DNA of 63,702 nucleotides, counting the filler, from Anaerolineae bacterium (lineage in GTDB: Bacteria; Chloroflexota; Anaerolineae; B4-G1; DUEL01): assembly GCA_041082215.1 (NCBI GenBank). It is 6 parts of 6 records of this genome, joined end to end, with 100 filler letters (N's around TTAATTAATTAA, not from the genome) between each part and the next. Parts side by side here need not be neighbours in the genome. Positions count along the whole stretch, not along the records: positions 5,999 to 25,112 come from JBDOIF010000137.1; positions 25,213 to 41,558 come from JBDOIF010000141.1; 4 more parts are not named here. One strand, written 5' to 3'. The notes under the pieces were generated by a model that saw only the letters and a list, made by a program, of their open reading frames with translations, made no database searches and was not told where the DNA came from. Positions 17,992 through 28,304 of the stretch are shown here, one piece after another (positions within the stretch are counted from its first letter, which is position 1; the number at the start of each line of letters is the position of its first letter). The translations under genes were made by a program, and so were the position numbers.

Positions 17992-19161
17992 ATGAAGAGA
18001 GCTGTAATGGCAGGCCTGGCAGCGTTCCTGATAGCAATGCTCGTCGGTTGTGGGACCGTGGAGCGGGAGACGTTGACGCCGGAGCCACAGGCAGGGTTCA
18101 GGCAGGTCGTCTCCGTCTCCGGCAAAGTGGTGCCGGCAGTGTGGGCCACCCTCAGCGCCCAGACCGGCGGTATGGTGACGGAGGTGCTGGTGGAGCCGGG
18201 CGAGGAGGTGGAGGCGGGCGACCTGCTCATCCGGCTCGACCCCACCGACGCCCAACTGGCCGTTCGGCAGGCGGAGGCTCAGCTTTCAGCAGCCCAGGCC
18301 CAACTGGCGCTCCTTCAGGCTGGCGCCCGGCCGGAGGACATCGCCGCTGCCGAGGCCCAGCTTCACGCAGCCGAAGCGGCGCTGGCCCAGGCTGTGGCCC
18401 AGCGGGATCAGGTGGTCGGCGGAGCGACAGAGGCGGAGATCGCCGCTGCCCGCGCCCAACTGGCTGCCGCCCTTGCCGGAGAGAAGGCCGCCCGCGACGC
18501 CTATGACCAGTTGCGCCAGGCCGGGATTCACGGCTGGGTGGAAGAAGAGGCAGTCCTGCGGTTGCGCTCTGCAGAGGAAGCCCGTGCTGCAGCCGAGGCG
18601 CAACTGTCCCATCTGGAAGCAGGCGCTCCCGCCCAGGTCCAGGCAGCAGAGGCAGCCGTCTGGGCGGCGGCAGCCCAGCGGGACGCGGCCCAGGCCCAGT
18701 TGGACCGGCTCCTGGCAGGTCCCACCGCTGAGGAAATCGCCGCCGCGCAGGCAGCCGTGGCCCAGGCAGAAGCCCAGCTCTCGGCAGCCCGCGTCGCCCT
18801 GGCCCGCTGCGAGGTCCGCGCCCCCTTCGCCGGTACCGTCGGCCTGGTCCACGTGCGGGTCGGCGAGCTGGTCGCTCCGGGACAGCCCCTGCTGACCCTG
18901 GGCGACCTGACCGTCCTGCGGGTGGAGACCACCGACCTGGATGAGGTGGATGTAGCGCGGGTCCAGGTCGGCCAGAGGGCAACCGTCACCTTCGACGCCC
19001 TGCCCGACCGGCTCTTCACGGGCCGTGTGGCCCGCATCTCCCCGATGGCCGAGCCGGGCAGCGGCGGGGTCCATTACACTGCCATCATCGAGCTGGAGGA
19101 ACTGGCTCCATCCATCCGCTGGGGAATGACGGCGTTTGTGGATATCGAGGTGACGGAATGA
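17992..19161 (+). CDS. Efflux periplasmic adaptor (HlyD/MacA-like) lipoprotein
   Basis: LVGC lipobox, lipoyl halves, Ala/Gln-rich helical hairpin, RAPFAGTV. Confidence 0.9.
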   Translation: MKRAVMAGLAAFLIAMLVGCGTVERETLTPEPQAGFRQVVSVSGKVVPAVWATLSAQTGGMVTEVLVEPGEEVEAGDLLIRLDPTDAQLAVRQAEAQLSAAQAQLALLQAGARPEDIAAAEAQLHAAEAALAQAVAQRDQVVGGATEAEIAAARAQLAAALAGEKAARDAYDQLRQAGIHGWVEEEAVLRLRSAEEARAAAEAQLSHLEAGAPAQVQAAEAAVWAAAAQRDAAQAQLDRLLAGPTAEEIAAAQAAVAQAEAQLSAARVALARCEVRAPFAGTVGLVHVRVGELVAPGQPLLTLGDLTVLRVETTDLDEVDVARVQVGQRATVTFDALPDRLFTGRVARISPMAEPGSGGVHYTAIIELEELAPSIRWGMTAFVDIEVTE

Positions 19162-19259
19162 CGTATGACGTATGACGTATGACGTATGACGTATGACGAA
19201 TGGCGTCAAACGTCAAACGTCATACGTCACACGTCAGGCGTCGAACGTCAGGCGTGAAG
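19151..19259. repeat. Inverted pair of heptamer arrays
   Basis: (TGACGTA)x5 at 19159-19193 followed by 8 degenerate CGTCANN units at 19204-19259, the reverse-complement orientation. Confidence 0.9.
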
Positions 19260-19271
19260 TGGGGTGGAGTT

Positions 19272-20093
19272 ATGGAGAAAGAGATCATCGTCGAAACGCG
19301 GGACCTGGTCAAGGTGTACGGCGACGGAGCGGAGGTGCGGGCACTGGACGGAGTGAACCTGCGGGTGGCCCGGGGGGAGTTCGTCTCGGTGATGGGACCC
19401 TCCGGCTCCGGGAAGTCCACCCTGCTCAATATGATCGGCGCCCTGGACCGGCCCACGAGCGGGCAGGTGCTGGTGAATGGGGAGGACCTCGCCCGGGTGC
19501 GCGATCTGGATACCTTCCGCGCCCGGACCGTCGGCTTTGTCTTCCAGCTCCACAATCTGATCCCCACCCTCACCGCCCGGGAAAACGTCGAGGTGCCGAT
19601 GATGGGGCAGCCGGTGGGCCGGGGGGAGCGGCATCGGTGGGCAAAGGAGCTGCTGGAGATGGTGGGGCTGGCGGATCGGATGGACCACCTGCCCAACCAG
19701 CTCTCCGGCGGTGAGCGACAGCGGGTCGCTATTGCGCGGGCGCTGGCCAACCGCCCCGCCCTGGTCCTGGCCGATGAGCCTACAGGCAACCTGGACTCTC
19801 AGAGCGGGGCGGAGGTGATCGAGCTGATGCACCGGCTTAACAGGGAGCTGCACACCACTTTCATCATCGTCACCCACGACCCGGCGGTGGCCCGACGGAC
19901 GGAGCGGGTGCTGATTATGCGGGATGGGCGCGTCGTGCACGAATATGCGGTGGGGACCCCATTCGAGGAGGACCTGGCCGCTTTCCGGCGTTCCGAGCTG
20001 GGGCGGGCGATCCTGGCAGGGGACGAAGGGGCGATGGCCCGGTTCGGCCCCGATGAGCGGGCCGTGCTGCGACGGTTGCTGGAAGGGGTATAA
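19272..20093 (+). CDS. ABC transporter ATP-binding protein (LolD/MacB-like)
   Basis: [31 protein letters not shown]. Confidence 0.93.
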   Translation: MEKEIIVETRDLVKVYGDGAEVRALDGVNLRVARGEFVSVMGPSGSGKSTLLNMIGALDRPTSGQVLVNGEDLARVRDLDTFRARTVGFVFQLHNLIPTLTARENVEVPMMGQPVGRGERHRWAKELLEMVGLADRMDHLPNQLSGGERQRVAIARALANRPALVLADEPTGNLDSQSGAEVIELMHRLNRELHTTFIIVTHDPAVARRTERVLIMRDGRVVHEYAVGTPFEEDLAAFRRSELGRAILAGDEGAMARFGPDERAVLRRLLEGV

Positions 20094-20123
20094 CGGTATA
20101 CGGCGGCAAAAGCCAGTGGAAGC

Positions 20124-20170
20124 GCGGACTCCCGAAGCCCCGGGGCACCCGAAAGGCTTCGGGAGTCCGC
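20124..20170. terminator. 16-bp perfect hairpin between convergent genes (REP-like or bidirectional terminator)
   Basis: GCGGACTCCCGAAGCC ... GGCTTCGGGAGTCCGC. Confidence 0.7.
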
Positions 20171-20193
20171 TTGGTCTTCCGCGCCGGGAACCG

Positions 20194-23100
20194 TCAGCGT
20201 GCACTCCTCAGGATGAGGGGCAGGTAGATGGTGTGATCACCGGCCATCGGATCGAGGGGGAGGCTGACGTTGTTATACTCGTTCCGTTCGGGCACCAGCC
20301 CATACTGCAGCGCCTCCGGCTGGCCCTGGGAGTTCATGCGCTGGTGGTTATCCACCTTGGCGTAAAAGGCTTCGATGGATGCGATCTGTTGCTCGGAAAA
20401 GCCGGCATGGTGGATTGTAATAATCTGGCTTTCCCCGGGCGGGATCGGGTTCACGCCAGCGTAGGTGAACCCCCACCCGTCCCACGGGTAAGAGAGGACA
20501 GGAGCGGTAAACAGGTCCAGCCAGAAGCCGCCCAGGTTATCCGGGTTCCAGGCGATCCCGGCGCCCTGGTTTTCCACCACAACGGTGAAAGTGACTGGCC
20601 GGTTCGGGACAAGCGGCCGGGGCTCGAAGGTGAAATCGGTCACGACCAGGTCGGGGACGCCGATGGATAGGTAGACCGAGTTGTTCGTTGGGTTGGCATC
20701 CTCGCTTAAGCCCCCGCTTCCGGTGATGGAAAAGGGTGTGCTCACCGTCAGGGCGCCGATCTGGGGATCGGCGGCATAGGAGATCACGAGCTGGACGGTG
20801 AGGCCGGCGGAGCCAGCAGGCAGGTTGCCGACCGTATAGGAGTAGGTCCGCCCTCCGGCAGGGTTCCAGTTGTATCCGACATAGGTGGTGCTGAGGGGTA
20901 GCCTGGCCTGTATCCAGACGTTCTCTGCGTCCATCCGGCCTGCGTTGCTGTAGGTGATGGTGTAGGTCATCGGCTTGCCGGGGGAGAAGAGGCTGGGGGT
21001 ATGGACGACTGAGAGGGTGAGGTCGGGTCGCGTGGTGATGGCGTCCACGTCCTCCACCTCGATAGGCGACGAGAGGGCCGGCCCGTTCATCACAGCCCGG
21101 TTGATCACAGTGCGCGCGCCCGCCGGCAGCGGATCGAGGACGCGCACTGTGAGGCGGGCCTGCACGCTGGTCTGCGCGACCAGGATGGGGATCGAATAGA
21201 CCACCCGGCCCCCTGAGATCAGTGAGCAGCTCCCCGGGCTGATGCTGCAGCCGAGGTACTGGATGTAGTTGGGCAGGGTGTCGGTGATCACCAGGCTGTA
21301 AGCGTTCTCGTTGCCCGAGTTGGTGGCGACGAGGGTGTACGTCAGCGTCTGGCCAGCCTCAACCGTCGAGGTGCCGTCGCTCTTGGAGAAGGAAAGGATT
21401 GGCGCGCTGTGGACGGTGGTCCCTTCCGCGGCCTGGAGGGCTGCCCCCTCCGCATAGCTCAGCCGGGCTGTCGTCGTCAGCATTGTGCCGTTGGGGAGAG
21501 GAAGCTCGACCCCGGTGCGGATGGTGATCTGGCCCGTTCCCCCCTCGCCGGGGATCGTATCAACATTCCAGTACCAGGTCCGCCCGCCTCCGTTCGTCGG
21601 CGGCGGTGTGGCGCTGAGGAAGTTGAGGTGGCTGTCCAGCGTGGCCGTGATGAGCACGCCGGTGGCGTCGGCGTTGCCGGTGTTGGTGTACCGCAGCGTG
21701 TAGGTAAGCTGTGCCCCCGCCTCCACAGGGTCAGGCCGATCAACCAGGCTGAAGGCGACCTGAGGGGAGGAGGAGACCTGCGTGGGTTCGGTGAAGCTGG
21801 CCGGAGGGGACTCATTACTGGAGACGGTGACGGTGTTGATCAGGAAGGTGCCGTTGGGCAGAGGGCTGTCCACGCTCACCTGCACCAGGATCGTGCGGCT
21901 CTGCCCGGCGTTCAGCGTCCCCAGATACCAGACGTTGTTCCCCGCACTGGGAGGGGGATTGGCGGAGAGGAAGTTGACCCGGCTGTCGTAGGTATCGGTG
22001 AGGATAACGTTCGTCGCCGGGGCCGAGCCGTTGTTCTCGCAGACGATGGCATAGGCCAGCTGGCCGCCCGCCTGGACCGGGTCGGGGACGTCGGTCTGAT
22101 TCACGTCCAGGTCGGTCTCCGAGAGGGCCTGGGTGGTCTCTGTAACGCTGATGGGGCTGGTCTGATCGGTGTCCAGGGTGACCACGTTGGTCAGCACGGT
22201 CCCCACCGGAAGCGGCGTATGGACCCGCACGAGCACCTCTATGGTCCGCGAGTGGTCCACCTCCAGCAGGCTGAAGTGCCACTCGTTATCGGTGCCTGGT
22301 GCAGGGGCCGGGTTGGCGGAGATGAAGGAGACGTTGGGATCGTAATCCTCGACCACGGTGACGCCGGTGGCGTTTTCATTGCCGGTGTTGGTGAAGACAA
22401 TGGTGTATTGGAGAATCCCGTCGGCCTGCACCGGGTCGGGCCAGTCGTCCTTGGTGATGGAGAGGACCGGCCGGGAGTGGGCCGTCGTCACCTGGGTGGT
22501 GGAGATGGGCGTGGTCTGGTCCGTATCCAGCCAGGCGGTGTTGGTCAACAACGTGCCGTTGGGCAGGGGGCGGTCAACCGTTGTGGTGATGATGATCTGC
22601 CCGGGCGTGTCCAGCGGGAGCGTCGGGAAGGTCCAGTAACGGACGTCCCCCATTCCCTGGGCGGGAGGGTTGGCGGAGACAAAGTTGATGTGGGGGTCCA
22701 GAACGTCGGTGATGAGGACGCCCGTAGCGACCTCGTTGCCTGTGTTGGTATAGGTAAGCGTGTAGACCAGCACGGCCCCCGCCTCCACCGGGTCCGGCCC
22801 GTCTTTCTTTATCAGCGTCAGCACCGGCTGGGAATGGACCGTGGTCTGTTCGGTGGCGGTGACCGGCCCGGTCTGGTCGCAGCCCAGGATGGCGTTGTTA
22901 GTGAGGAGGGTGCCGTTGGGGAGCGGCTTTTCCACGTGTACCCGGAGAAGGACCTGGCCGGACTCCTGCGGCGCAAGCGGGTTCAGGTGCCAGTAGGGGT
23001 TGCCAGCGATGAAGCCGGTGGGGGAGGGGACGGCGCTGGCATAGACGGTGTTGGAGTCCAGTGTGTCGGTGAGAGCCAGGCCGGTGGCGGTCTGATTGCC

Positions 23101-24804
23101 GGTGTTGGAGTAGGCCAGGGTATAGGTGAGATATGCCCCTGCTTCCACCAGGCCGGGCTCTCCGGTCTTAAGCAGATGGAGGACGGGGGCCAGGACGGTG
23201 AGGGAGGCGTTGTCCGTCTTCTCCTGATATTCGCTGTGGACCGTCCAGTTGCCGGGGTTGCGGGAGGTGTAGACGTTGCCGTCCCAGGAGCCGCCGTGGC
23301 CAGGTTCGATAATGCTGAAGGAGGTGCCGGCAGTGACATCGCCCCGGCTGTTGCCGAAGGCGTCGAACGCCTCGACGGTGTAGGTCTGTACGCTGCCTGC
23401 CTGAATGGTCGCCGAGATAGGGGAAAGGACGATGTGGTCCAGCTCCCCCGGTCGGACGGTAAGGGTAGCGATGTCGAAGAGGGCGTCCAGGGAACCGGTG
23501 ACGGTCCAGGAGCCGGCGACCTGGGCGGTGTAGACGTTGGCGGTCCAGGAGCCGCCGGCGGCGGGGGTGATGGTGTAGGCGCCGGAATCGGTCACGTCCC
23601 ACCCGTTGCCGTAGGCGTCCTGGGCGGTAAGAGTGTAGGTGATGGAGAGGCCGGCGTTGAGGGAGGCGGTGGGTGGGGAGAGGGAGACGGCGGTCGGGTC
23701 GGCGTGGGTGACGGTGAGGGTGGCGGTGTCGGCAAGGGCGCCGAGGGTGGCGGTGACGGTCCAGGAGCCGGCGACCTGGGCGGTGTAGACGTTGGCGGTC
23801 CAGGAGCCGCCGGCGGCGGGGGTGATGGTGTAGGCGCCGGAATCGGTCACGTCCCACCCGTTGCCGTAGGCGTCCTGGGCGGTGAGAGTGTAGGTGATGG
23901 AGAGGCCGGCGTTGAGGGAGGCGGTAGAGGGAGAGAGGGTGATGAGGACCGGGTCGCCGTGGGCGGTTACAGTGGTCGTCTGGACCGTTGAAAGGGGCGC
24001 GGTCTCCTGACTGTCAATGAAGGCGGTGTTGGTGAGGACCGTCCCCTCCTCCAGGCCACTCTGCACCGTCACAGTGACGATGACATCGCCGGAGGAGGAG
24101 GGGGGGAGGGAGCCGAGATGCCAGTAGCGGGTCTGTCCCTCTCCCCCTGCAGGGGCAGGGGAGGCGGCGACGAAGATAACGCGGCTATCCAGCACATCGG
24201 TTACGACGGCATCCCCGGCCGGGGCGTCGCCTGAGTTGGTGTAAGTCAGCGTGTAGATTAGCGTCGCTCCGGCGATCACCGGGTCGGGCGCGTCCTGTTT
24301 GCTCAGCGCCAGGACCGGGGCGGCGACGGTCGTGGTGATCTGGGTGGAGAGGGGATCGGTCTGGTCGCTCCCGATGGTGGCGGTGTTGGTGAGGAGCAAG
24401 CCGTTGGGCAGCGTGATAGGAACACTGACCGTGAGGACAATCGTGCCCGATACCGTGCCTGTGAGCGTGCCGAGGGACCAGTAGGGGGCGTTCGGCAGGC
24501 CCCCGTCCGGCTCCGGCTCGGCGGAGACGAACTGGACGTTGGGGTCAAGGGTGTCGGTGATGACGGCGGCGGTCACGGTCTCTGTGCCGGTGTTCTCATA
24601 GGTCAGTGTATAGACCAGATGGGAGCCGACCTGCACAGGATCGGCGCTCTCGACCTTTGAGAGGGAAAGGCTGGCCGACTGGAGCACCAGCCTGGCCTGA
24701 GCTCCCTGGGAGAACAGGATAAGGACTGTAACCGTGCTGGCGCACCCCAGCAGTACAGCGAGCAGGAAATGGATCAGAAGCTTCCGATCGTTTTTCGTAC
24801 TCAT
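20194..24804 (-). CDS. Large secreted DUF11/Ig-like repeat surface protein (1536 aa)
   Basis: Signal peptide; about 9 repeats of K.D.PDPV.AG..L.YTL.Y.N.G; CARDB-like C-terminal domain; terminal IYLPLILR motif. Confidence 0.9.
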   Translation of the reverse strand: MSTKNDRKLLIHFLLAVLLGCASTVTVLILFSQGAQARLVLQSASLSLSKVESADPVQVGSHLVYTLTYENTGTETVTAAVITDTLDPNVQFVSAEPEPDGGLPNAPYWSLGTLTGTVSGTIVLTVSVPITLPNGLLLTNTATIGSDQTDPLSTQITTTVAAPVLALSKQDAPDPVIAGATLIYTLTYTNSGDAPAGDAVVTDVLDSRVIFVAASPAPAGGEGQTRYWHLGSLPPSSSGDVIVTVTVQSGLEEGTVLTNTAFIDSQETAPLSTVQTTTVTAHGDPVLITLSPSTASLNAGLSITYTLTAQDAYGNGWDVTDSGAYTITPAAGGSWTANVYTAQVAGSWTVTATLGALADTATLTVTHADPTAVSLSPPTASLNAGLSITYTLTAQDAYGNGWDVTDSGAYTITPAAGGSWTANVYTAQVAGSWTVTGSLDALFDIATLTVRPGELDHIVLSPISATIQAGSVQTYTVEAFDAFGNSRGDVTAGTSFSIIEPGHGGSWDGNVYTSRNPGNWTVHSEYQEKTDNASLTVLAPVLHLLKTGEPGLVEAGAYLTYTLAYSNTGNQTATGLALTDTLDSNTVYASAVPSPTGFIAGNPYWHLNPLAPQESGQVLLRVHVEKPLPNGTLLTNNAILGCDQTGPVTATEQTTVHSQPVLTLIKKDGPDPVEAGAVLVYTLTYTNTGNEVATGVLITDVLDPHINFVSANPPAQGMGDVRYWTFPTLPLDTPGQIIITTTVDRPLPNGTLLTNTAWLDTDQTTPISTTQVTTAHSRPVLSITKDDWPDPVQADGILQYTIVFTNTGNENATGVTVVEDYDPNVSFISANPAPAPGTDNEWHFSLLEVDHSRTIEVLVRVHTPLPVGTVLTNVVTLDTDQTSPISVTETTQALSETDLDVNQTDVPDPVQAGGQLAYAIVCENNGSAPATNVILTDTYDSRVNFLSANPPPSAGNNVWYLGTLNAGQSRTILVQVSVDSPLPNGTFLINTVTVSSNESPPASFTEPTQVSSSPQVAFSLVDRPDPVEAGAQLTYTLRYTNTGNADATGVLITATLDSHLNFLSATPPPTNGGGRTWYWNVDTIPGEGGTGQITIRTGVELPLPNGTMLTTTARLSYAEGAALQAAEGTTVHSAPILSFSKSDGTSTVEAGQTLTYTLVATNSGNENAYSLVITDTLPNYIQYLGCSISPGSCSLISGGRVVYSIPILVAQTSVQARLTVRVLDPLPAGARTVINRAVMNGPALSSPIEVEDVDAITTRPDLTLSVVHTPSLFSPGKPMTYTITYSNAGRMDAENVWIQARLPLSTTYVGYNWNPAGGRTYSYTVGNLPAGSAGLTVQLVISYAADPQIGALTVSTPFSITGSGGLSEDANPTNNSVYLSIGVPDLVVTDFTFEPRPLVPNRPVTFTVVVENQGAGIAWNPDNLGGFWLDLFTAPVLSYPWDGWGFTYAGVNPIPPGESQIITIHHAGFSEQQIASIEAFYAKVDNHQRMNSQGQPEALQYGLVPERNEYNNVSLPLDPMAGDHTIYLPLILRSAR

Positions 24805-25212
24805 CTCTCACTCCCCCATTCGCCCATACGGAACAGACAGGGCGTGGGGCAAGGCCCCGGAGCTGTCTGTTGTGGATTCTCTCCATCCTTACTATCTTAG
24901 TGGATGGGGGTAGATAAAAGGTGAGAGAGATTCCTAAAAAAGGATTAAAAGGAGGTAATTGTGTTAAACTGGAGGTAACCGTGAAGTGTGGATTCCTAAC
25001 CGCCCTGGGGGGTCGGGGTTGGACGGGTCGGCGTGTCTGTAGGAGGTGGGAGGGGTGTATCCGTTGGCGGCACAGGGGTATCGGTTGGCCGGGGCGGCGA
25101 TGTGGGCGGGGGNNNNNNNNNNNNNNNNNNNNNNNNNNNNNNNNNNNNNNNNNNNNTTAATTAATTAANNNNNNNNNNNNNNNNNNNNNNNNNNNNNNNN
25201 NNNNNNNNNNNN

Positions 25213-25706
25213 TGCTGGTGAGCCACCCCCGCCTGCTCCGGCAGGCTGCCCGGATGCTGGCGACAGTGGCCCAATCCCTCCCCTTCGACCGCATCGCTGC
25301 CGTTCCCTACGCCGGGATCCCCATCGGCGTCGCCCTGGCGCTGGAGATGGACCGCCCCCTCATCTACCCCCGCCGGGAGGCCAAAGCCCACGGCACCGGC
25401 CGGTCCATCGAGGGGAGCTACAGGGCTGGGGAGCGGGTGCTTGTGGTGGACGATCTGATCACCCGGGGGGACAGCAAGCTGGAGGCCATCGCCCCGCTGG
25501 AGGAGGCGGGCCTGGTCGTGCAGGACGTGCTGGTGCTCATAGACCGGGAGCAGGGAGGGGCAGAGGACCTGGCCCGGAGAGGCTACCGGCTCCACGCCCT
25601 CCTTCCGCTCTCTCAACTGCTGAAGACGCTGCGAAATTCAGGCCACATCACCCCGGATCAGTACGCTGAAGTGATGGAGTACCTGAACGGAACACGGAAT
25701 ACGTAA
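25213..25706 (+). CDS. pyrE: Orotate phosphoribosyltransferase (5' truncated by gap)
   Basis: RREAKAHGTG and VLVVDDLITRGDSK PRPP motif; upstream of pyrD. Confidence 0.9.
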
Positions 25707-25742
25707 TACGTCATACTTCATACGTCATACGTGTTGCGGCTG

Positions 25743-26672
25743 ATGAGCGTAGACCTGACCACCACCCTCTGTGGCGTCCACATGCCCAACCCGACGGTGC
25801 TGGCCTCGGGGATTCTGGGGCTGACCTGCGAGGTGATGGCGCGGGTAGCGGAGGCCGGAGCCGGAGCGGTGACGACCAAGTCGGTCAGCCTGGCCCCCCG
25901 TGACGGCTATCCCAACCCGGTCATTCTGGATTGGGGGCCAGGGCTGATCAACGCCGTCGGCCTCTCCAACCCCGGCGTGGAGGTGATGGTGGAGGAAATC
26001 CGGGCCGCCAAAGAGCGGCTGGCCCCACTGGGAGTGCCGATCATCGCCAGCATCTTCGCCGATACCATCTACGACTTCGGCACCCTCGCCCGCTACATCT
26101 CCGAGGCAGAGCCAGACCTGATCGAGGTCAATATCTCCTGCCCCAACCTGGACGACGAATACCTGCGGATGTTCGCCGCCGACCCCTACGTCTCCGCCCA
26201 GGTGACCCGTCGGGTGAAGCAGAACACCCACATCCCGGTGCTGGTGAAGCTCTCCCCCAACGTGACCGACATCGTCGAGATCGCGCGGGCAGTGGTGGAA
26301 GCTGGCGCCGACGGGATCACCGCCGTCAACAGCCTGGGACCGGGGCTGGTGCTGGACATCGAGACCCGGCGACCGATCCTCTCCCATACCACCGGCGGGA
26401 TCAGCGGCCCTCCCCTCCGCCCCATCGCCGTCCGTTGTGTGCGGGACATCTGCCGGGCGGTGGATGTGCCCGTGATCGGGGTAGGCGGCGTGACGACCGG
26501 ACGGGACGCGGTAGAAATGCTCCTGGTCGGCGCCACCGCTGTCGGCATCGGCACCGCTGTCCATTATCGGGGTATGGGGGTCTTCCGCCAGGTCTGCCAG
26601 GAGCTGGCCCAGTATATGGAACGACACGGGTACGAAAGCCTGGAGGCGCTGAGAGGGAAGGCGGTGGTCTGA
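25743..26672 (+). CDS. pyrD: Dihydroorotate dehydrogenase family 1B catalytic subunit
   Basis: [37 protein letters not shown]. Confidence 0.95.
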   Translation: MSVDLTTTLCGVHMPNPTVLASGILGLTCEVMARVAEAGAGAVTTKSVSLAPRDGYPNPVILDWGPGLINAVGLSNPGVEVMVEEIRAAKERLAPLGVPIIASIFADTIYDFGTLARYISEAEPDLIEVNISCPNLDDEYLRMFAADPYVSAQVTRRVKQNTHIPVLVKLSPNVTDIVEIARAVVEAGADGITAVNSLGPGLVLDIETRRPILSHTTGGISGPPLRPIAVRCVRDICRAVDVPVIGVGGVTTGRDAVEMLLVGATAVGIGTAVHYRGMGVFRQVCQELAQYMERHGYESLEALRGKAVV

Positions 26673-26796
26673 GCGGGAGAGGCATGGAGAGGGGGAGACG
26701 CGGGAAAAGGGAGACGCGGAGAGAGAAGAGTTCAGGCCGTCTGCGGGATTCGTGATCCCCGGCTGCGCGGGGAATTTTTATCCAGGAGGATATGAG

Positions 26797-28203
26797 ATGG
26801 CAGCAAGCGACTTTTCCAGCTACCTGGAGGAACTGGGCCGTGCCCTCAAGCCATATCGGGAAGAGGTCCCCACCTTCTCCCGCATCCCCGAAACCGGCCT
26901 CAGCAAAGAGGAGGTCATCCGCCTGATGGAGGGGCTCTGGCAGAGGGAGGAGGCCCGGTGGAAAGAGGGATTTGCCTCCGGAGCCGTCTATCACGGCGAC
27001 CAGGAGCACATCGGGTTCCTGAACCGGGTGTACGGCATTAACTCCCAGAGCAACCCCCTCCACTTCGACCTGTGGCCCAGCACCGTCAAGTACGAGGCGG
27101 AGATTGTCTCCATGACGGCCCATATGCTGGGGGCGGACAGGACGACGGACAGGATCGTGGGCACGATCTCCTCTGGAGGGACAGAAAGCATCCTCCTGGC
27201 GATGAAGACCTATCGGGATTGGGCCAGGGACCGGTTGGGGATCACCGAGCCGGAGATGGTCGTCCCCTCCACCGCCCATGCTGCCTTCGATAAGGCAGCC
27301 CAGTATTTTAACATCAAGATCATCCGCGTGCCGGTGGGCGAGGATTACAGGGCGGACGTGAAGGCAACCCGCCAGGCGGTCACAGAAAACACCATCGTCC
27401 TGGTAGGCTCCGCCCCCTCCTTCCCCCACGGCATGATTGACCCCATCGAGGAGCTTTCCGAACTGGCCCGGGAACGGGGGATCGGCTTCCACACCGACGC
27501 CTGCCTGGGCGGCTTCCTCCTCCCGTGGGCCGAGAAGCTGGGATACGACGTGCCCCCCTTCGACTTCCGGCTGCCCGGTGTCACCTCCATCTCCGCCGAT
27601 ACCCATAAATACGGCTACGCAGCTAAAGGCTCCTCCGTTATCCTCTACCGGAGCAAAGAGCTGCTCCACTACCAGTATTTCATCACAACCGACTGGTCCG
27701 GTGGCCTTTATCTTTCCCCCACCCTTGCCGGCAGCCGTCCGGGTGCGCTGAGCGCCACCTGCTGGGCGGCGATGGTCGCCACGGGCCAGCAGGGGTATAT
27801 GGAAGCGGCCAGCAAGATCCTCCAGACCGCAGCGACGATCCGCGCGGGGATCGAGGAGATTCCAGAGCTGAAGGTCTTTGGCAATCCGCTCTTCGTCATC
27901 GCCTTCGGGTCGGACGTGGTGGATATCTACGCCGTCAACGAGTACATGACCCGGAAGGGATGGGGGCTGAACGCCCTCCAGGACCCGCCTGCGGTCCACA
28001 TCTGTGTAACGCTCCGGCATACCCAGCCGGGTGTTGCCGGACGTTTCATCCAGGACCTGCGGGAGGCGGTAGCTTATGTGAAGGAGCATCCGGGGGAGGG
28101 CGCGGGGATAGGGGCGATCTACGGGATGACGGCCAACGTGGCCCTCCGGGGAGCAGTAGAGGAATTCCTGAAGGCGTTTCTGGATATAGTATACGAACCG
28201 TAG
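26797..28203 (+). CDS. Sphingosine-1-phosphate-lyase-like PLP enzyme
   Basis: [73 protein letters not shown]. Confidence 0.85.
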   Translation: MAASDFSSYLEELGRALKPYREEVPTFSRIPETGLSKEEVIRLMEGLWQREEARWKEGFASGAVYHGDQEHIGFLNRVYGINSQSNPLHFDLWPSTVKYEAEIVSMTAHMLGADRTTDRIVGTISSGGTESILLAMKTYRDWARDRLGITEPEMVVPSTAHAAFDKAAQYFNIKIIRVPVGEDYRADVKATRQAVTENTIVLVGSAPSFPHGMIDPIEELSELARERGIGFHTDACLGGFLLPWAEKLGYDVPPFDFRLPGVTSISADTHKYGYAAKGSSVILYRSKELLHYQYFITTDWSGGLYLSPTLAGSRPGALSATCWAAMVATGQQGYMEAASKILQTAATIRAGIEEIPELKVFGNPLFVIAFGSDVVDIYAVNEYMTRKGWGLNALQDPPAVHICVTLRHTQPGVAGRFIQDLREAVAYVKEHPGEGAGIGAIYGMTANVALRGAVEEFLKAFLDIVYEP

Positions 28204-28287
28204 AAGCCGACCTTGTGTTGGCTGACCCTGTGTCGGCTGGCTTTTGTGGAGCGGACACAAAGGGCAGACACAAGGTCCGTCTGTACA
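28200..28287. repeat. Degenerate GTAG-type REP-like palindrome
   Basis: GACCTTGTGTTGGC ... GCAGACACAAGGTC arms with internal duplicated units. Confidence 0.55.
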
Positions 28288-28304
28288 GCACCGGGATTGC
28301 GGAG

